Below are positions 54,725-64,000 of a stretch of DNA of 64,000 nucleotides, piece after piece. Source of the stretch: an uncultured Pirellulales bacterium. GTDB taxonomy: Bacteria; Planctomycetota; Phycisphaerae; Sedimentisphaerales; CAYZTY01. A model generated the notes under the pieces. That model did not search any database and was not told the origin of the DNA. It saw nothing but the letters and a program-made list of their open reading frames with translations. The stretch's first letter is position 1; each line of letters starts with the position of its first letter. Location of the stretch: NCBI GenBank assembly GCA_964444665.1, contig CAYUIE010000012.1:31317-95316 (forward strand), given 5' to 3'. A program made the position numbers and the translations under genes.

Positions 54725-55630
54725 TCAAAACCGGGTCATTTCTCTGATAGCCTCAAACCTCTCATCAATATCCGCCCTCGTAAGTGAAGCAAGTCTTTGC
54801 GTCGAAAAATCTTCAACCGTAAACGATGCCGTTACCGTTCCGTAGGCAATGGCGGCCTTCAGGGTTTCGTTATCCGTCTTTCCCTGCTCGGCGAGATAAC
54901 CCATCAATGCACCTGCATAGCTGTCGCCCGCTCCGGTCGGGTCTTTCACCTTTGCGGTCGGGTAGCCGGGAATATGAAAACTTTTTCCGTCCCTGCCGTA
55001 CATCATCGAGCCGTGCTCGCCCTTCTTGATAATGACAACCGCCGGGCCCATCTGCAGTATCTTCTCTGCCGCTCTTGTCAGGTTATGTTCCCCTGTAAGC
55101 TGCCTTGTTTCACCGTCGTTTAACACCAGCGCATCAATTTTCTGCAGTAGCCTTTTCAAATCCTCCAGATGGTCATGAATCCAGCAGTTCATCGTATCGG
55201 CGGCGACAAAAACAGGCTTATCAAGCTGCTCAAGCAACTGTAGCTGAAGTGCCGGCGCTGTATTCGCCAAAAACACATACTTACTGTCTTTATACCCGGC
55301 AGGAACCTTCGGTGGATGCTCCGCAAGCACATTCAACTCAACCTTATCGGTTATCGCCTCATTCATCGGCCCGTGATACGAGCCCGCCCAGCGGAAGGTC
55401 CTGCTGCCCGCTCGCACCTCTATTCCCTGTAAATCAACGTTCCTGCCCGCGAATGTTTTGCTCAAATCGAACGGGCAGTCCGGCCCAATTACCGCTACTA
55501 AGCGAACAGGTGAAAAAAAACTCGCAGCCATACTAAAATATATCGCCGAGCCGCCGAGACAATTTTCACTGACTCCGAACGGCGTTTTGACCGTGTCAAT
55601 CCCTATCGAGCCTGTTACTAATAATGTCAT
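54725..55630 (-). CDS. PfkB-family carbohydrate/nucleoside kinase
   Basis: The C-terminal motif DPTGAGDSYAGAL (the PfkB signature 2 region) is present, with N-terminal GGSAIYFS. The length is 301 aa. Confidence 0.8.
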   Translation of the reverse strand: MTLLVTGSIGIDTVKTPFGVSENCLGGSAIYFSMAASFFSPVRLVAVIGPDCPFDLSKTFAGRNVDLQGIEVRAGSRTFRWAGSYHGPMNEAITDKVELNVLAEHPPKVPAGYKDSKYVFLANTAPALQLQLLEQLDKPVFVAADTMNCWIHDHLEDLKRLLQKIDALVLNDGETRQLTGEHNLTRAAEKILQMGPAVVIIKKGEHGSMMYGRDGKSFHIPGYPTAKVKDPTGAGDSYAGALMGYLAEQGKTDNETLKAAIAYGTVTASFTVEDFSTQRLASLTRADIDERFEAIREMTRF

Positions 55631-55645
55631 TACTTGTCTCCGTTT

Positions 55646-57280
55646 TTACCTGTCATCGCCAAACTTCTCGAGCGTCCTGTCTACCCTCGCCAGCGTCTTT
55701 TCTTTGCCTAACATATCCACCGAATCAAATATCGGGGGACTTATCGTCGTTCCGCAAATCGCCACCCGCAGCGGTTGAGCCACCTTGCCCAATCCAACTT
55801 GTTTCTGCTCGGCTAATGAACGAAGCATAACCTCAATATTCTCGGCGGTTATCTGCTCCAAAGCCTCCAGCTTATCCCGAATAATCCTTAGCATCACCAG
55901 GCCTCGACCATCACCTGCAAGCAGGACTTTTTTAACCGCCTTCTCATCGTACTCTATCCGCCCATCTTCAACAAAAAGAAATCTGCTTTTCCTGTCAATA
56001 TCCGCCAGAGTTCGTGCACCTTCATTGGACCTTATCAGCCTCGTTAAAAGTGCGTCGTCACTCTGTGTCAGAGGGCTGTTATTGGCAACAACATACTCTC
56101 TGAGTCGATGCAGCAGCTTCTCCGGCCCCAATCGTCGCATATGCTCTGTATTGAAAGCAACCAGCTTCCGGCGGTCGAACAGACTGTTGGATTTGGTCAG
56201 CCTGTCCAGACTGAAGGCATCAATAAGCTCATCGACACTCATTATCTCGCGGTCATCCGCCGGGCTCCAGCCCAGCAGGGCCAGAAAGTTGACCATAGCT
56301 TCGGGGACATAGCCGCTTTTGAAAAAATCCACAACGTTTATTTCCGGCAAGTGCAAGCCAAGACACTCGGCCATTGTATCAACCACCTCCATATCAGGCG
56401 CGCCTTTGCCTTTGATAAATTCCTTTATCTCATCGAGGCTGATATTCCCCGCGCCGGCAAGTTTCTGCAGGTCGGCCTCGCCAAGATTCTTAACGGCCTC
56501 GCGCAGGGCGTTCCCGCGTTCTCGCTTCGAAAGCTTGCCGCCGCCCTCGCTTACGGTAACCGATATATGCACATAGCTCGGCCTGCGAAATCCCAGGGCG
56601 TCCTGAATGCACTGCTGGCTCGGCGTGTTCATCAAATGTTCCTGGCCGCGGATGACGTGCGTTACTTCCATAAGCTCATCATCGACAACACACGCGAAGT
56701 TATACGTGGGAAAACCGTCGCTCTTGACGATTATGAAATCACTTATCTGGCTCGGCTCAAAGCTGACATCACCGCGTACTACGTCCTGAACCACAATCGG
56801 ACCGGCCCGCGGCAAAACAAAACGAACTACAACGGATTTGCCCTCGTCTTTGGCCTTCTTAACGTCATTTTCGCCTGGAAAAGTGCTCGGTCGGGGGTAA
56901 AGAAAAGTCTCTTTTTTTGCTTCAGCCTGCTTACGAAGCACATCAAGCTCTTCTGGCGTATCGAAGCAGTAGTAGGCCTTGCCGGATTCGATGAGTCTCC
57001 TGACATACTCATTATAAATATCGAGGCGCTCTGATTGAAAATAAGGGCCGTTGGGGCCGCCCGCTTCAGGGCCCTCGTCCCAGTCGATGCCAAGCCAGCG
57101 AAGGTCTCTAATAACTTGCTGGGTTGCCGCGGGAGTGCTGCGCCTGGCGTCCGTATCTTCGATGCGGAGTATAAACTTTCCCCCGCTTCGTCTGGCCCAC
57201 AACCAGTTGAATAGCGCCGTCCTTGCCCCGCCGATATGCAAATACCCCGTCGGAGAAGGTGCAAAACGGGTTACAACCAT
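55646..57280 (-). CDS. gltX: Glutamate--tRNA ligase
   Basis: RFAPSPTGYLHIGGART is the HIGH motif and KLSKR is the KMSKS motif. The 544-aa length is somewhat long for GluRS. Confidence 0.9.
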   Translation of the reverse strand: MVVTRFAPSPTGYLHIGGARTALFNWLWARRSGGKFILRIEDTDARRSTPAATQQVIRDLRWLGIDWDEGPEAGGPNGPYFQSERLDIYNEYVRRLIESGKAYYCFDTPEELDVLRKQAEAKKETFLYPRPSTFPGENDVKKAKDEGKSVVVRFVLPRAGPIVVQDVVRGDVSFEPSQISDFIIVKSDGFPTYNFACVVDDELMEVTHVIRGQEHLMNTPSQQCIQDALGFRRPSYVHISVTVSEGGGKLSKRERGNALREAVKNLGEADLQKLAGAGNISLDEIKEFIKGKGAPDMEVVDTMAECLGLHLPEINVVDFFKSGYVPEAMVNFLALLGWSPADDREIMSVDELIDAFSLDRLTKSNSLFDRRKLVAFNTEHMRRLGPEKLLHRLREYVVANNSPLTQSDDALLTRLIRSNEGARTLADIDRKSRFLFVEDGRIEYDEKAVKKVLLAGDGRGLVMLRIIRDKLEALEQITAENIEVMLRSLAEQKQVGLGKVAQPLRVAICGTTISPPIFDSVDMLGKEKTLARVDRTLEKFGDDR

Positions 57281-57429
57281 TGTCTCGAACTCCAGGTAAG
57301 ATAAGAAACAAGCGACAGGATACCCCTAAATCCGATTAATGTCAATGATAAGGTGTCTTTGAGAGTTCGGCAGCACCGGCCGTTTTTGTTCTTGCCGCTT
57401 CGTCATAACACACTAAAATATCTGAAAAA

Positions 57430-57906
57430 ATGATAAACGAACAACCAACAAAACTTGACCACGGCGAACTAATCCAGGTCGTAAAAAACGCTCCCCTGGT
57501 CTCCATTGATTTAATCGTTAAAAACAACAGTAACGAATTTTTAGTAGGGCTGCGGAAAAACGAACCGGCCAAAGATTATTGGTTTGTACCGGGCGGCAGA
57601 ATCCTGAAAAACGAACGAATTAATCAGGCATTCGAAAGAATCGCAAAGGAGGAGCTGGGAATCAAAATAGCTTATGAACAGGCAGAATTCCTCGGCGTGT
57701 TCGAGCATTTCTACACAAGTAACTTCGCCCAAAAAGAAGGCTTCACCACTCATTACGTCGCGCTGGCGCACCAGATAAGCATATCTGAAAACTCGCTCCA
57801 GCTACCGAAAATACAACATCAGGAATACAAATGGCTAAACAGGGACTCTATGAGTAAAGACAAAAAAGTGCACCCTTATACCAAGGCGTATTTCAAGCAG
57901 CTCTAA
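57430..57906 (+). CDS. Nudix hydrolase, GDP-mannose mannosyl hydrolase (NudD/Gmm)-like
   Basis: The Nudix box is GGRILKNERINQAFERIAKEELG. The N-terminal PLVSIDLIV and WFVPGG resemble the Gmm subfamily. Confidence 0.6.
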   Translation: MINEQPTKLDHGELIQVVKNAPLVSIDLIVKNNSNEFLVGLRKNEPAKDYWFVPGGRILKNERINQAFERIAKEELGIKIAYEQAEFLGVFEHFYTSNFAQKEGFTTHYVALAHQISISENSLQLPKIQHQEYKWLNRDSMSKDKKVHPYTKAYFKQL

Positions 57907-57975
57907 TTTATCAAGCCTTGAAGCGGTTCAAAAGCACAATGTCGAAAAAAAAATCAGGCAAAAAAATCATAATAT

Positions 57976-59142
57976 TTATTCTTCTTGGATAGAAAGACTG
58001 ATAACTCCGGATTTAGACCCGTTTACAAAATCATAGCCGTTACATCCGCCTATCACATAGATTTTATCATTAAAGACCAGTGAAAGATGGTCGTCCCATG
58101 GCAGAGGAAGAGAAGTCCCTATCTGCGATGTATTTGTAGCTGTGTCATAAATATCGACTTTGTCGCTTGGCCAATGATTTTCCCAATCTCCCTCAGTTCC
58201 ACCAATTAAGAAAATTTTCCCGTCAACAACAGGTGCTGCGCTGCCATATTCAAATGCCCGGGCCCGGTCGGCCGGAAGAGGTTGACAAGAGTTTGTGTCC
58301 CACTGTTCGCTCTGGAAATCAAATATCATAACATCGGCAGACATCCGGTCCTCATTCGGGAGATAACCCCCGATTACATATGCCTTATCGCCTACTGTCG
58401 CTACCGCCGGCATCATAACTAATACGGGCATATTGGTAACAAACCGCCAGGTGTTTGTGGTTGTATTATATGCTTCCACAATATCATAATTTGTACATAG
58501 GTCGTTTGAATCTTCATAACAGTAGCCCCCACCAAAAAGATAAATCTCACCGTTGTAAACCGTAGCTGGGGCCGCAGTAACAACCGTAGGTTTTGGGGCA
58601 AGAGATGTCCAGATATCGGTGTTCGGGTCATACCGCTCATTAAAGTTAAAGTCCCCATAATGGCCTCCAGGCCCTATGCCTCCCCATGCACCAAAGACAT
58701 ATAGATTGCTATCTACGACAACACCGGTAAGCTCCTCAACGCCCATGCCACCATTGTGATTATTATCTGCCCGATTGCTCCAAGCGCCTGTAGCTGGTTC
58801 AAACATTTCTGTTGACTTAAGATTAACCTGGTCAGGATTACCATTTCCTCCAAACACATATATCTTTTCACTGATTACGCCACCCGTAAACTGGTCTCTA
58901 CCGGTAGACATAGGAGGCTCCGGTTCCCATTTCGGAAAACATGCAGGATTTTCCGGAGTAAGGTTACAATCCACAATCCAGTTTTGTGCCAAGATGGCTA
59001 AGTCCACAAAATCCACACAACAATCTTCATTCAGATCGCCAGCGAGCTTATGCGGACAATCGTATGCAGAAAAAGCCCCGACACCCCAAAATTCAGTCAC
59101 GATTAACACAATGAGTGTGATTTTATATGGCTTGCTAACCAT
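57976..59142 (-). CDS. Secreted Kelch-repeat beta-propeller protein with dockerin-like N-terminal motif
   Basis: Five or six Kelch-type blades are visible (IYVFGG, LYVFGAWGG, IYLFGGG, AYVIGGY, IFLIGG, IYVIGG). The N-terminal DLNEDCCVDFVDLAILAQNW is a Ca-binding dockerin-type repeat. The gene has low GC. Confidence 0.7.
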   Translation of the reverse strand: MVSKPYKITLIVLIVTEFWGVGAFSAYDCPHKLAGDLNEDCCVDFVDLAILAQNWIVDCNLTPENPACFPKWEPEPPMSTGRDQFTGGVISEKIYVFGGNGNPDQVNLKSTEMFEPATGAWSNRADNNHNGGMGVEELTGVVVDSNLYVFGAWGGIGPGGHYGDFNFNERYDPNTDIWTSLAPKPTVVTAAPATVYNGEIYLFGGGYCYEDSNDLCTNYDIVEAYNTTTNTWRFVTNMPVLVMMPAVATVGDKAYVIGGYLPNEDRMSADVMIFDFQSEQWDTNSCQPLPADRARAFEYGSAAPVVDGKIFLIGGTEGDWENHWPSDKVDIYDTATNTSQIGTSLPLPWDDHLSLVFNDKIYVIGGCNGYDFVNGSKSGVISLSIQEE

Positions 59143-59279
59143 TTCCCTTCTCCTTCTTGTTAAAACCCCAAAATATCAAACAGCACACCAAAGCATACCA
59201 TGTTTTTATTATACCACCTTTTAACTCCGTCTCAAGTAAGAAAATGATTAGTACAAGCCACATAACAAATTTAGGTACA

Positions 59280-59308
59280 TTGACGGTAACGCACTGGTTA
59301 ACTATAAT
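59280..59308 (+). promoter_or_regulatory. Candidate sigma-70 promoter for glnS
   Basis: TTGACG (59280-85), a 17-nt spacer, then the consensus TATAAT (59303-08). It lies about 50 nt upstream of the ATG at 59360. Confidence 0.55.
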
Positions 59309-59359
59309 GAGTCCAAGTATAAGCCAGCAGAAAAGCAAAACGCCAAAGGCATTGTTAAT

Positions 59360-61054
59360 ATGAACACAGATGGTCTCATAATCAAGCTCGATTTCATCCG
59401 GCAGATTGTTGCCGAGGACCTGAAGACAAACAAATGGGACGGCCGGGTAGTAACGCGGTTTCCGCCGGAGCCGAACGGCTACCTGCATATCGGGCACGCC
59501 AAGTCTATTTGCCTGAACTTCGGCATCGCCAAGGAGAATAAAGGCGGTGTTTGTCACCTGCGATTCGACGACACGAATCCTACCAAAGAAGAGCAGGAGT
59601 ACATCGACTCGATTATAGAAGATATCCGCTGGCTCGGGTTCGACTGGGGCGAGCATCTCTACTATGCCTCCGACTACTTCGAACAAATGTATGAATATGC
59701 TGTGCAGTTAATCAAGGCTGGCAAGGCATACATCTGCGACCTTGACGCCGACGAAATCAGGCAGCATCGCGGCACTTTAACCAAACCGGGGAAAAACAGC
59801 CCTTATCGTGACCGCGGCGTCGAGGAAAATCTCGAGCTCTTCGAGAAAATGCACGCCGGCGAATTCCCGGACGGCACGCGAACATTGCGGGCGAAAATCG
59901 ATATGGCGCACCCAAACCTTAATATGCGCGACCCGGTTATGTATCGCATACTTCACGCCGAGCACCACCGAACGGGCGACAAATGGTGTATCTATCCAAC
60001 GTATGACTGGGCGCACGGGCTCGAAGATTCCATCGAGCGAATAACACATTCAATATGCACCCTCGAATTCGAGAACCATCGGCCGTTGTACGACTGGTTC
60101 CTCGACCAGCTCGGAATTTTTCACTCCCAACAAATCGAGTTCGCGCGACTAAACCTGAATTACACAGTAATGAGCAAGCGAAAGCTGCTGCAATTAGTTG
60201 AGCAGGGCAAAGTCGGCGGATGGAACGACCCGCGAATGCCAACTATCAGCGGCCTGCGCAGACGCGGCTACTCACCCGAAGCCATCCGAAACTTCTGCAA
60301 ACGTATCGGCGTAAACAAATTCAACAGCACCGTTGACATCAGGCTGCTCGAACACTGTTTGCGCGAAGACCTGAACAAAACCTCTCCGCGCGTGATGGCT
60401 GTGCTGCATCCGCTAAAAGTAATAATCGACAACTACCCGGAGAATCAGGTTGAGGAAATGCAGGCCATTAATAATCCAGAAAATCCGCAGGCCGGCACAC
60501 GGCTAGTTCCATTCTCGCGTGAGATTCATATCGAGCGGGACGATTTTATGGAGGAACCGCCGAAGAAGTTCTACCGCCTCGCGCCCGGCCGGGAGGTCCG
60601 CCTGCGATATGCATATTTCATTACCTGCAAAGAAGTAGTTAAAGATGCCAACGGGCAAATTACAGAACTGCACTGCACATACGACCCGGCCACACGCGGC
60701 GGCGATGCCCCCGACGGACGAAAAGTAAAGGCCACGCTGCACTGGGTATCCGCGAAGAACGCTATCGAGGCCGAGGTCAGGCTCTATGAACATCTTTTCA
60801 CAACGGAGAATCCCGATGATACTGCGGAAGGGCGGGATTTCACATCAAATCTGAATCCCAACTCTCTGGAAGTTCTGACCTCCTGCCGGCTCGAACCATC
60901 ACTCAAAAACGCAAAACCGTCAGACCGCTACCAGTTCGAACGATTAGGCTATTTCTGCGTTGACCCCGACAGCTCCCAAGGCAAACTCATATTTAATCGA
61001 ACAGTTACCCTCCGCGACCCTTGGGCAAAAATACAAAAATCACAGCAAAAATAA
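59360..61054 (+). CDS. glnS: Glutamine--tRNA ligase
   Basis: [17 protein letters not shown] is the HIGH motif and VMSKRKL is the KMSKS motif. The C-terminal anticodon-binding beta-barrels have the typical QFERLGYF. Confidence 0.9.
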   Translation: MNTDGLIIKLDFIRQIVAEDLKTNKWDGRVVTRFPPEPNGYLHIGHAKSICLNFGIAKENKGGVCHLRFDDTNPTKEEQEYIDSIIEDIRWLGFDWGEHLYYASDYFEQMYEYAVQLIKAGKAYICDLDADEIRQHRGTLTKPGKNSPYRDRGVEENLELFEKMHAGEFPDGTRTLRAKIDMAHPNLNMRDPVMYRILHAEHHRTGDKWCIYPTYDWAHGLEDSIERITHSICTLEFENHRPLYDWFLDQLGIFHSQQIEFARLNLNYTVMSKRKLLQLVEQGKVGGWNDPRMPTISGLRRRGYSPEAIRNFCKRIGVNKFNSTVDIRLLEHCLREDLNKTSPRVMAVLHPLKVIIDNYPENQVEEMQAINNPENPQAGTRLVPFSREIHIERDDFMEEPPKKFYRLAPGREVRLRYAYFITCKEVVKDANGQITELHCTYDPATRGGDAPDGRKVKATLHWVSAKNAIEAEVRLYEHLFTTENPDDTAEGRDFTSNLNPNSLEVLTSCRLEPSLKNAKPSDRYQFERLGYFCVDPDSSQGKLIFNRTVTLRDPWAKIQKSQQK

Positions 61055-61078
61055 GCTGCTTTTCAATGTCCGCTTGTT

Positions 61079-62353
61079 TCAGTTGTAATCCAGGCTAAAA
61101 TTCAAATAATCAGAGTAATTAATGATAGCTTTCCTTCTGTTTTTAGAATCCGGCTGTTCGCCCAGATAGAATTTCACACTCAATTTTCTCTTGTCCAAAT
61201 CATAAACAGCGTGCCAAAGCGTTCTCGCCGGAGCATAAACACGGTCGTTCGAGATATATGGCTGTATGGCAACTTTAGTATTTATATTTTTTATCTCACT
61301 CAGGCCGAATCCGCCGCCTTTTCCGCACGCTGCGCGGAGCGTCTCCAATCGAGAGAAGCTTTCTCTAATATTATGGTTCCCTTCAGGCACCTGATCGGCA
61401 GTTTGGTACTTCGATATAAGGTGATTTGTGATATACTGAAGACCATCCCCGTCGACCACGATATTTTTATCGCGAACAGGGGAAAACTCAAAGACAAAAG
61501 ATTTCCCGAATCTGTCGGCGATGATGTAATGGCACGGCACGACGGTGTAATAATGTTTCAGATTCAACATTGCCTGTTTGGCCTGCTTAACACTGGCGCA
61601 GCTATCAAGCAGATAACGCATGCACTGAATCTCATGAACACCGACTTGGGTATTTGGCTCACTTGCGCTCATTCCTTCAAGCTCGACGAAAACCGCAACC
61701 GCTAATCCCTCCGAGTTAATGCCGTCAAGCACCCCACCCAAAAGGTCAAATGCGGTAATATAAAGACTGGCAAAGCCCCGGTCCGGATAAATTTCAAAAA
61801 TATACGGCCTGGACATAACCGGCGACTCGTATTTACCGGGATGTCTTCTTTTCATATTACCGGTGGTAAAGTCATAATTTCTGCTCAGTATATCATGCCC
61901 ACCCTGAGTGAATTCGCCGGGATAGAAAACCGCAGAGCACCCGAATATGCCGGGAAACTGCTCTATGGTGGAAAAGTCATAAACATTGTTATCAACCTTT
62001 AAATAGTAACCATCGGCAAGCCCTTTCATACGTTCATAATATATCGGATAATTCTCCTTCATATACCTGCGCTGAGCATCGTTTCTCGATGGGTCGCCGG
62101 AAGGTCTTAATTGAATGTTATCTCGTTGGGCAATCTCAGCGATTTTTCGACCAATCTCGTAATTCGAACCTTTTATTACAACATGCCGAACCTCCATAAA
62201 ACGGTCCGCCCCACCCGCCACAACCGTTTCCTTACAATAAATCCCACTCTGTTTAGCGTCATCCGCACAGCCTGCCGGGAACAATAAAAAAGCCAATATT
62301 AAAAAGATTTTCCCTCTTTGACTCATCATTTTAAATACTCCTTTTTTCATCAC
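61079..62353 (-). CDS. Ntn-hydrolase lipoprotein (peptidase C45 / acyl-CoA:6-APA acyltransferase-like or choloylglycine-hydrolase-like)
   Basis: The lipobox is LLFPAGCAD. An internal G-C-S (FGCSAVFY...ILSRNYDF) resembles the autoproteolytic Gly-Cys site followed by the (R)N-x-D motif of C45/C59 Ntn hydrolases. Confidence 0.5.
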   Translation of the reverse strand: MMKKGVFKMMSQRGKIFLILAFLLFPAGCADDAKQSGIYCKETVVAGGADRFMEVRHVVIKGSNYEIGRKIAEIAQRDNIQLRPSGDPSRNDAQRRYMKENYPIYYERMKGLADGYYLKVDNNVYDFSTIEQFPGIFGCSAVFYPGEFTQGGHDILSRNYDFTTGNMKRRHPGKYESPVMSRPYIFEIYPDRGFASLYITAFDLLGGVLDGINSEGLAVAVFVELEGMSASEPNTQVGVHEIQCMRYLLDSCASVKQAKQAMLNLKHYYTVVPCHYIIADRFGKSFVFEFSPVRDKNIVVDGDGLQYITNHLISKYQTADQVPEGNHNIRESFSRLETLRAACGKGGGFGLSEIKNINTKVAIQPYISNDRVYAPARTLWHAVYDLDKRKLSVKFYLGEQPDSKNRRKAIINYSDYLNFSLDYN

Positions 62354-62454
62354 AACTTATGTTATTCTTTGTACAGACTTTTAAGCTGTACGCAACTTGC
62401 TAATCCACACAGTGTTTCACCAATAAAAATGGACAACCTAACCTCGAAAGATTA

Positions 62455-64000
62455 TTACTGCACTGCGGAACTTTTCGGCTGTATCGCTCCACGATAAGGT
62501 CGGCCCGCCTTATAAAGCTCCAGGTGCTTGCTTATCTCAACTCCCGATTCGGGCCGGCCCGAAGAGCGTGCCAGCTCAAGGGCTTGCTCGGCAGTCCTGA
62601 CGGCCTGCTCAAACCTGCCCGCAGCCGCATAGGCCACACCAAGCGTATCCAGCATTTGATATCGCTTATTCTCTGTCATTTCACAGGCACGCCTTGCCAT
62701 TTCAACCGCCTCATTCGGGTCGTAAAAAGGCACATCCTCATACGCCGACTTAAGCCATGCCAGATTATTAAGCACCTCAGCCCAGTCGGGCCTTAATCGC
62801 AGAGCTTCGCTCCAGTGCATAACCGCCGGCTCGTAGTCGCCTTGTTGAAAATATGCCGAGGCGAGCATATTGCGTATTTTAGGGCCTTCGGGCTTAAATT
62901 TCACCGCCTCTTTAAGGTGTTCAATCGCTTCGTCGGTCCTGCCTTTATGAATCAAAATTGCTGCCAGATCGTAATACGCTGCATAGTAGCGAGGATTAAA
63001 CCGCAATGCCGCTTTATAATGCTCAATTGCTTTGTCTAACTCGCCCTGAATAGAAAATTCTCTCCCCAGATTGTCATGCAACAACGCGTTGCCAGCCGTT
63101 ACTTTAAGTGCACGCTCATACAGGGTAATATTGTTGCGCCAATAGCCGGTTTGAATCCGTGTACATAATGTTAGCGCCACCAGCACTATAACAGCACAAA
63201 TCCCAATCCCTGTTTTTGTTATAGGCCACCTTGCCGCAACTTCTCTTGCGCTCCATCCGAAAATTATGAGCAGGCCAATCATCGGCACATACACATACCG
63301 GTCCGCCATAGCCTGTCCACCTACCTGCACCAACCCAATCACCGGTATCAACGTACCGATATACCACAGCCAGCCTACCAGAAGCCACGGTCGACGCCTC
63401 CACCAAATGAGAACTAAAATAGAAACACATAATAAAAAAAATGCCCAACCTGCTAAAGGACCTGCTTCCAAACTCCGCGGAAAAGGATAGAACGCCGCCA
63501 GTTTACTCGGCCACAACGTCTTGCCTATATATCTGCCGTATGAGACCACAGCATTGGCAATCCTGCTTTCCACAGGAATAGATTTAACCGCTCCCCTGCC
63601 TCGTTGTGTAATAAAAGTAATGACACTCACAACTGCTGAAAGGGCGAATAAGGGAACTTTTTCCGCTACCAAACGCCGGACCGAAGAACTCCGATGCTCA
63701 AGTATTGCCGATTCGTCCCGCGACAAATCTTCAATTCTGCTCTTTTGCCCGAATTGAAAACGACTGAGGGGCCAATAATCCAGCAAAAGCAACACAAATG
63801 GCAGTGTAACCACCATTGGTTTGGCCATTAGTCCGAGTGAAAAAAATAAAATTACCTGCAGATATCTTCCAATGCCCGGATGCTCTGAGTATCGAATGTA
63901 AGCAATTATAGTTAGCATCCAGAAAAAGGTGCTCAGCACATTCTTGCGTTCGGCCACCCAAGCAACAGACTCAACATTCAGAGGATGTAAGGCAAAGACC
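62455..64000 (-). CDS. Multi-pass membrane protein with C-terminal TPR repeats (TMTC/PMT-like glycosyltransferase architecture); N-terminus outside window
   Basis: The frame stays open upstream of the GTG at 63957 to the window edge (VFALHPLNVESVAWVAERKNVLS), a motif typical of this family. Eight or more hydrophobic helices are followed by at least five TPR units (YYDLAAILIHKGRTDEAIEHLKEAV...). Confidence 0.65.
   Translation of the reverse strand, partial: VFALHPLNVESVAWVAERKNVLSTFFWMLTIIAYIRYSEHPGIGRYLQVILFFSLGLMAKPMVVTLPFVLLLLDYWPLSRFQFGQKSRIEDLSRDESAILEHRSSSVRRLVAEKVPLFALSAVVSVITFITQRGRGAVKSIPVESRIANAVVSYGRYIGKTLWPSKLAAFYPFPRSLEAGPLAGWAFFLLCVSILVLIWWRRRPWLLVGWLWYIGTLIPVIGLVQVGGQAMADRYVYVPMIGLLIIFGWSAREVAARWPITKTGIGICAVIVLVALTLCTRIQTGYWRNNITLYERALKVTAGNALLHDNLGREFSIQGELDKAIEHYKAALRFNPRYYAAYYDLAAILIHKGRTDEAIEHLKEAVKFKPEGPKIRNMLASAYFQQGDYEPAVMHWSEALRLRPDWAEVLNNLAWLKSAYEDVPFYDPNEAVEMARRACEMTENKRYQMLDTLGVAYAAAGRFEQAVRTAEQALELARSSGRPESGVEISKHLELYKAGRPYRGAIQPKSSAVQ

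Noticed and set aside
59135-59686. A 183-aa minus-strand ORF whose 3' part (59135-59359) encodes hydrophobic, membrane-like sequence and ends overlapping the Kelch gene start.
   Set aside because: Its 5' two-thirds are antisense to the glnS coding region. The only in-frame ATG outside glnS gives 42 aa. The segment coincides with the AT-rich glnS promoter (TTGACG-N17-TATAAT), and AT-rich DNA readily yields hydrophobic pseudo-ORFs.
1-64000. I scanned by eye for CRISPR arrays, IS elements or transposases, integrases, prophage genes, rRNA and tRNA.
   Set aside because: I saw no regularly spaced direct repeats and no DDE or tyrosine-recombinase-like ORFs. I also saw no tRNA T-arm/acceptor patterns and no rRNA-like segments. 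A proper run of tRNAscan-SE, Infernal and a repeat finder would be needed to exclude small elements.

Overview
This 64-kb chromosomal window is densely coding, with about 50 CDS, mostly housekeeping. Gene content suggests a PVC-superphylum, Planctomycetota/Phycisphaerae-like bacterium; that is an inference from a DUF1559 prepilin-type protein, a dockerin-like/Kelch protein and a TMTC-like TPR membrane protein.

Recognisable genes:
- DNA repair: addB (5' truncated by the window edge) and addA.
- Potassium uptake: a Trk/Ktr pair.
- Minus-strand operon ribE, pdxA, homocysteine methyltransferase, rsmA.
- Central metabolism: a PFK with a PPi-type signature, aconitase, hisD, a Fe-S hydro-lyase alpha subunit.
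- Other: rluD, rnc, a Sir2 deacylase.
- Minus-strand operon gltX, PfkB kinase, thpR, recA, alaS, followed by glnS on the plus strand.

By eye I found no rRNA, tRNA, CRISPR array, transposase or integrase.

Leads worth follow-up:
1. A near-consensus sigma-54 promoter sits between a PAS histidine kinase / NtrC-type activator pair and a PilZ, lipoprotein, DUF362 operon of unknown function.
2. A roughly 340-nt leader downstream of a near-consensus sigma-70 promoter precedes a DUF1559 pseudopilin gene. It has three perfect 8-10 bp long-range complementarities, two of them in a pseudoknot-like order.
3. A 728-bp convergent gap contains its own promoter, a strong terminator, strand-asymmetric G5-G6 runs and a 25-codon ORF, so it may be an orphan transcript.
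4. A 2.3-kb AT-rich islet encodes a degenerate receiver-like protein and a divergent SorC-like protein.
5. The DUF362 gene has family-typical N-terminal codons that lie upstream of any ATG/GTG/TTG.

All functional calls come from motif recognition by eye. No database search was run.
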